Source of the DNA: Basidiobolus meristosporus CBS 931.73
Taxonomy: Eukaryota > Fungi > Basidiobolomycota
Assembly (NCBI GenBank): GCA_002104905.1
Contig: MCFE01000368.1
Location: 22,654-86,653, forward strand
Length of the DNA stretch: 64,000 nucleotides
Direction of reading: 5' to 3'
Part shown: positions 62,762 to 64,000 of the stretch, one piece after another
Layout of the letters: each line of letters begins with the position of its first letter
Position numbering within the stretch: position 1 is the first letter of the stretch
Made by a program: the position numbers and the translations under genes
The notes under the pieces: generated by a model
Seen by the model: the letters and a program-made list of their open reading frames with translations, nothing else
What the model was told of the DNA's origin: nothing
Database searches by the model: none

Positions 62762-63739
62762 GTGGATGATCTTATTATAGCCACCAATAACCTAGAAACA
62801 TTGGAAGAGACTAAATCCAGCCTATCTAAGGAGCTCAAGATGTCCAATCTAGGAGAACTTAGTTACTACTTAGGGATTAAGTTCTCCATAGACAGAAGTA
62901 CCCAGACTATCACCCTAAGCCAATCCAAGTATATTCAAGATATACTAAAGAAGTACCAAATGAAAGACTGTAAACTGGCAGCTACCCCAATGGAAACAAA
63001 CCTTAACTTGGTCAAAACTCAACCAAATCAAGAGAGCTTGGTGCCATCTGAAAGCCCTGACTTTCCTTATCAATCAATAGTTGGCAGTCTGATGTATATC
63101 ATGCTTGGAACACATCCAGATATCTCATATTCAGTGGGAGTTGTCAGCCAACATAATCAGAATTATGAATCTGATCATATTGCTGCAGTTAAGCGGATTT
63201 TTAGATATCTAAAAGGAACTGCTGATATCTGCTTAAGATACACTTATAATGATTCAGAACAGGATCTTGTGGGATACTCTGATGCTGATTGGGGACAAAA
63301 CTTGGAAGACAGTAGATCCACCACAGGGTACACCTTTCTTTACTGTAAAGGAGCAATTTCATGGAATTCAAGAAAGCAACCAACTGTAGCACTTTCCACC
63401 ACAGAGGCAGAGTATACGGCAGCCTGTGAAGCTACAAAAGAAGCAATGTGGCTAAGAAAACTTTTTACAGATTTAGGCCAATGTCAAAAAATGCCCATTA
63501 CTATATTTCAAGATAGTCAAGGAAATATACAATTAGGTAGAAATCCAACTTTTCATGCTAGAACCAAGCACATAGATATTAGACATCATTTCATACGTGA
63601 AGCTATAGAGAATAACTTAGCTAGCTTAGCTTACAGTCCTACAGATGAAATGATTGCAGACATATTTACCAAACCATTAGCTAGAGACAAGTTTGAATAT
63701 CTTATGTCAAAATTAGGACTAGTTAGTATGAACATTTAG
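62762..63739 (+). CDS. Copia RT C-terminal part and RNase H
   Basis: [52 protein letters not shown]. Confidence 0.9.
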   Translation: MDDLIIATNNLETLEETKSSLSKELKMSNLGELSYYLGIKFSIDRSTQTITLSQSKYIQDILKKYQMKDCKLAATPMETNLNLVKTQPNQESLVPSESPDFPYQSIVGSLMYIMLGTHPDISYSVGVVSQHNQNYESDHIAAVKRIFRYLKGTADICLRYTYNDSEQDLVGYSDADWGQNLEDSRSTTGYTFLYCKGAISWNSRKQPTVALSTTEAEYTAACEATKEAMWLRKLFTDLGQCQKMPITIFQDSQGNIQLGRNPTFHARTKHIDIRHHFIREAIENNLASLAYSPTDEMIADIFTKPLARDKFEYLMSKLGLVSMNI

Positions 63740-64000
63740 CTAAGTGGGAGTGTTGTAAAAGTTTGTAATTTCACCTAAATATTCCCCTAACTTAACCACT
63801 TAGATCATTACCCTCAAATCCTAGAGAATACTGACCAAATTCCATGTTGGGATTTACTTAGAATATTTTCACCAAAATACCAGGTACCCAAAACATGAAA
63901 ATTCTCAAAGTTGTCCAAACAGCCCCAAACTTTGCGCACATGTTCTTGGGACCTTCCTTAGCCTATTCTAGGTGCTTGTAATGCCAAGACAAGGTAAAAG

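Larger units (their letters stand above)
58092..64000 (+). mobile_element. Copia family A element with nested insertions; 3' LTR cut by the window end
   Basis: 5' LTR 58092-58439, PBS AGTTATGAGCCC, gag-PR 58881-59927, IN 60919-61923, RT-RH 61913-63739, PPT AGTGGGAG, 3' LTR from 63751. Confidence 0.95.

Noticed and set aside
1-64000. CRISPR array, rRNA or tRNA genes, prokaryotic operon
   Set aside because: No regularly spaced repeat-spacer units or recognisable RNA genes; all repeats are explained by TEs

Overview
This window is eukaryotic, repeat-only DNA in which I can identify no ordinary host gene. The host is probably a fungus or other microbial eukaryote; that is inferred from the TE families and the strong CpG loss. 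It is a nest of transposons: one Ty3/Gypsy family (several nested copies and a solo LTR), two Ty1/Copia families with the GGTTATGAGCCC primer site, many decayed copies of a CMC/tnp2-type DNA transposon with a divergent second ORF, and an 804-bp solo-LTR family. Four things stand out. (1) An apparently intact 3.4-kb PHIS-type (IS5/ISL2-like DDE) DNA transposon at 47648-51059, with AGACTTGTTCC TIRs, an AAT target duplication, a divergent 413-aa accessory ORF, two decayed relatives and three derived MITEs; its transposase ORF has no CpG while its ends and promoter are CpG-rich. (2) An LTR family whose 4-bp target duplications are centred on CpG. (3) An AT-rich island at about 4341-6470 with an ORF resembling FEN1/XPG nucleases and palindromic tandem repeats. 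(4) Several clean nested and self-insertions with target-site duplications. All family assignments come from motif reading by eye; no database search was run.
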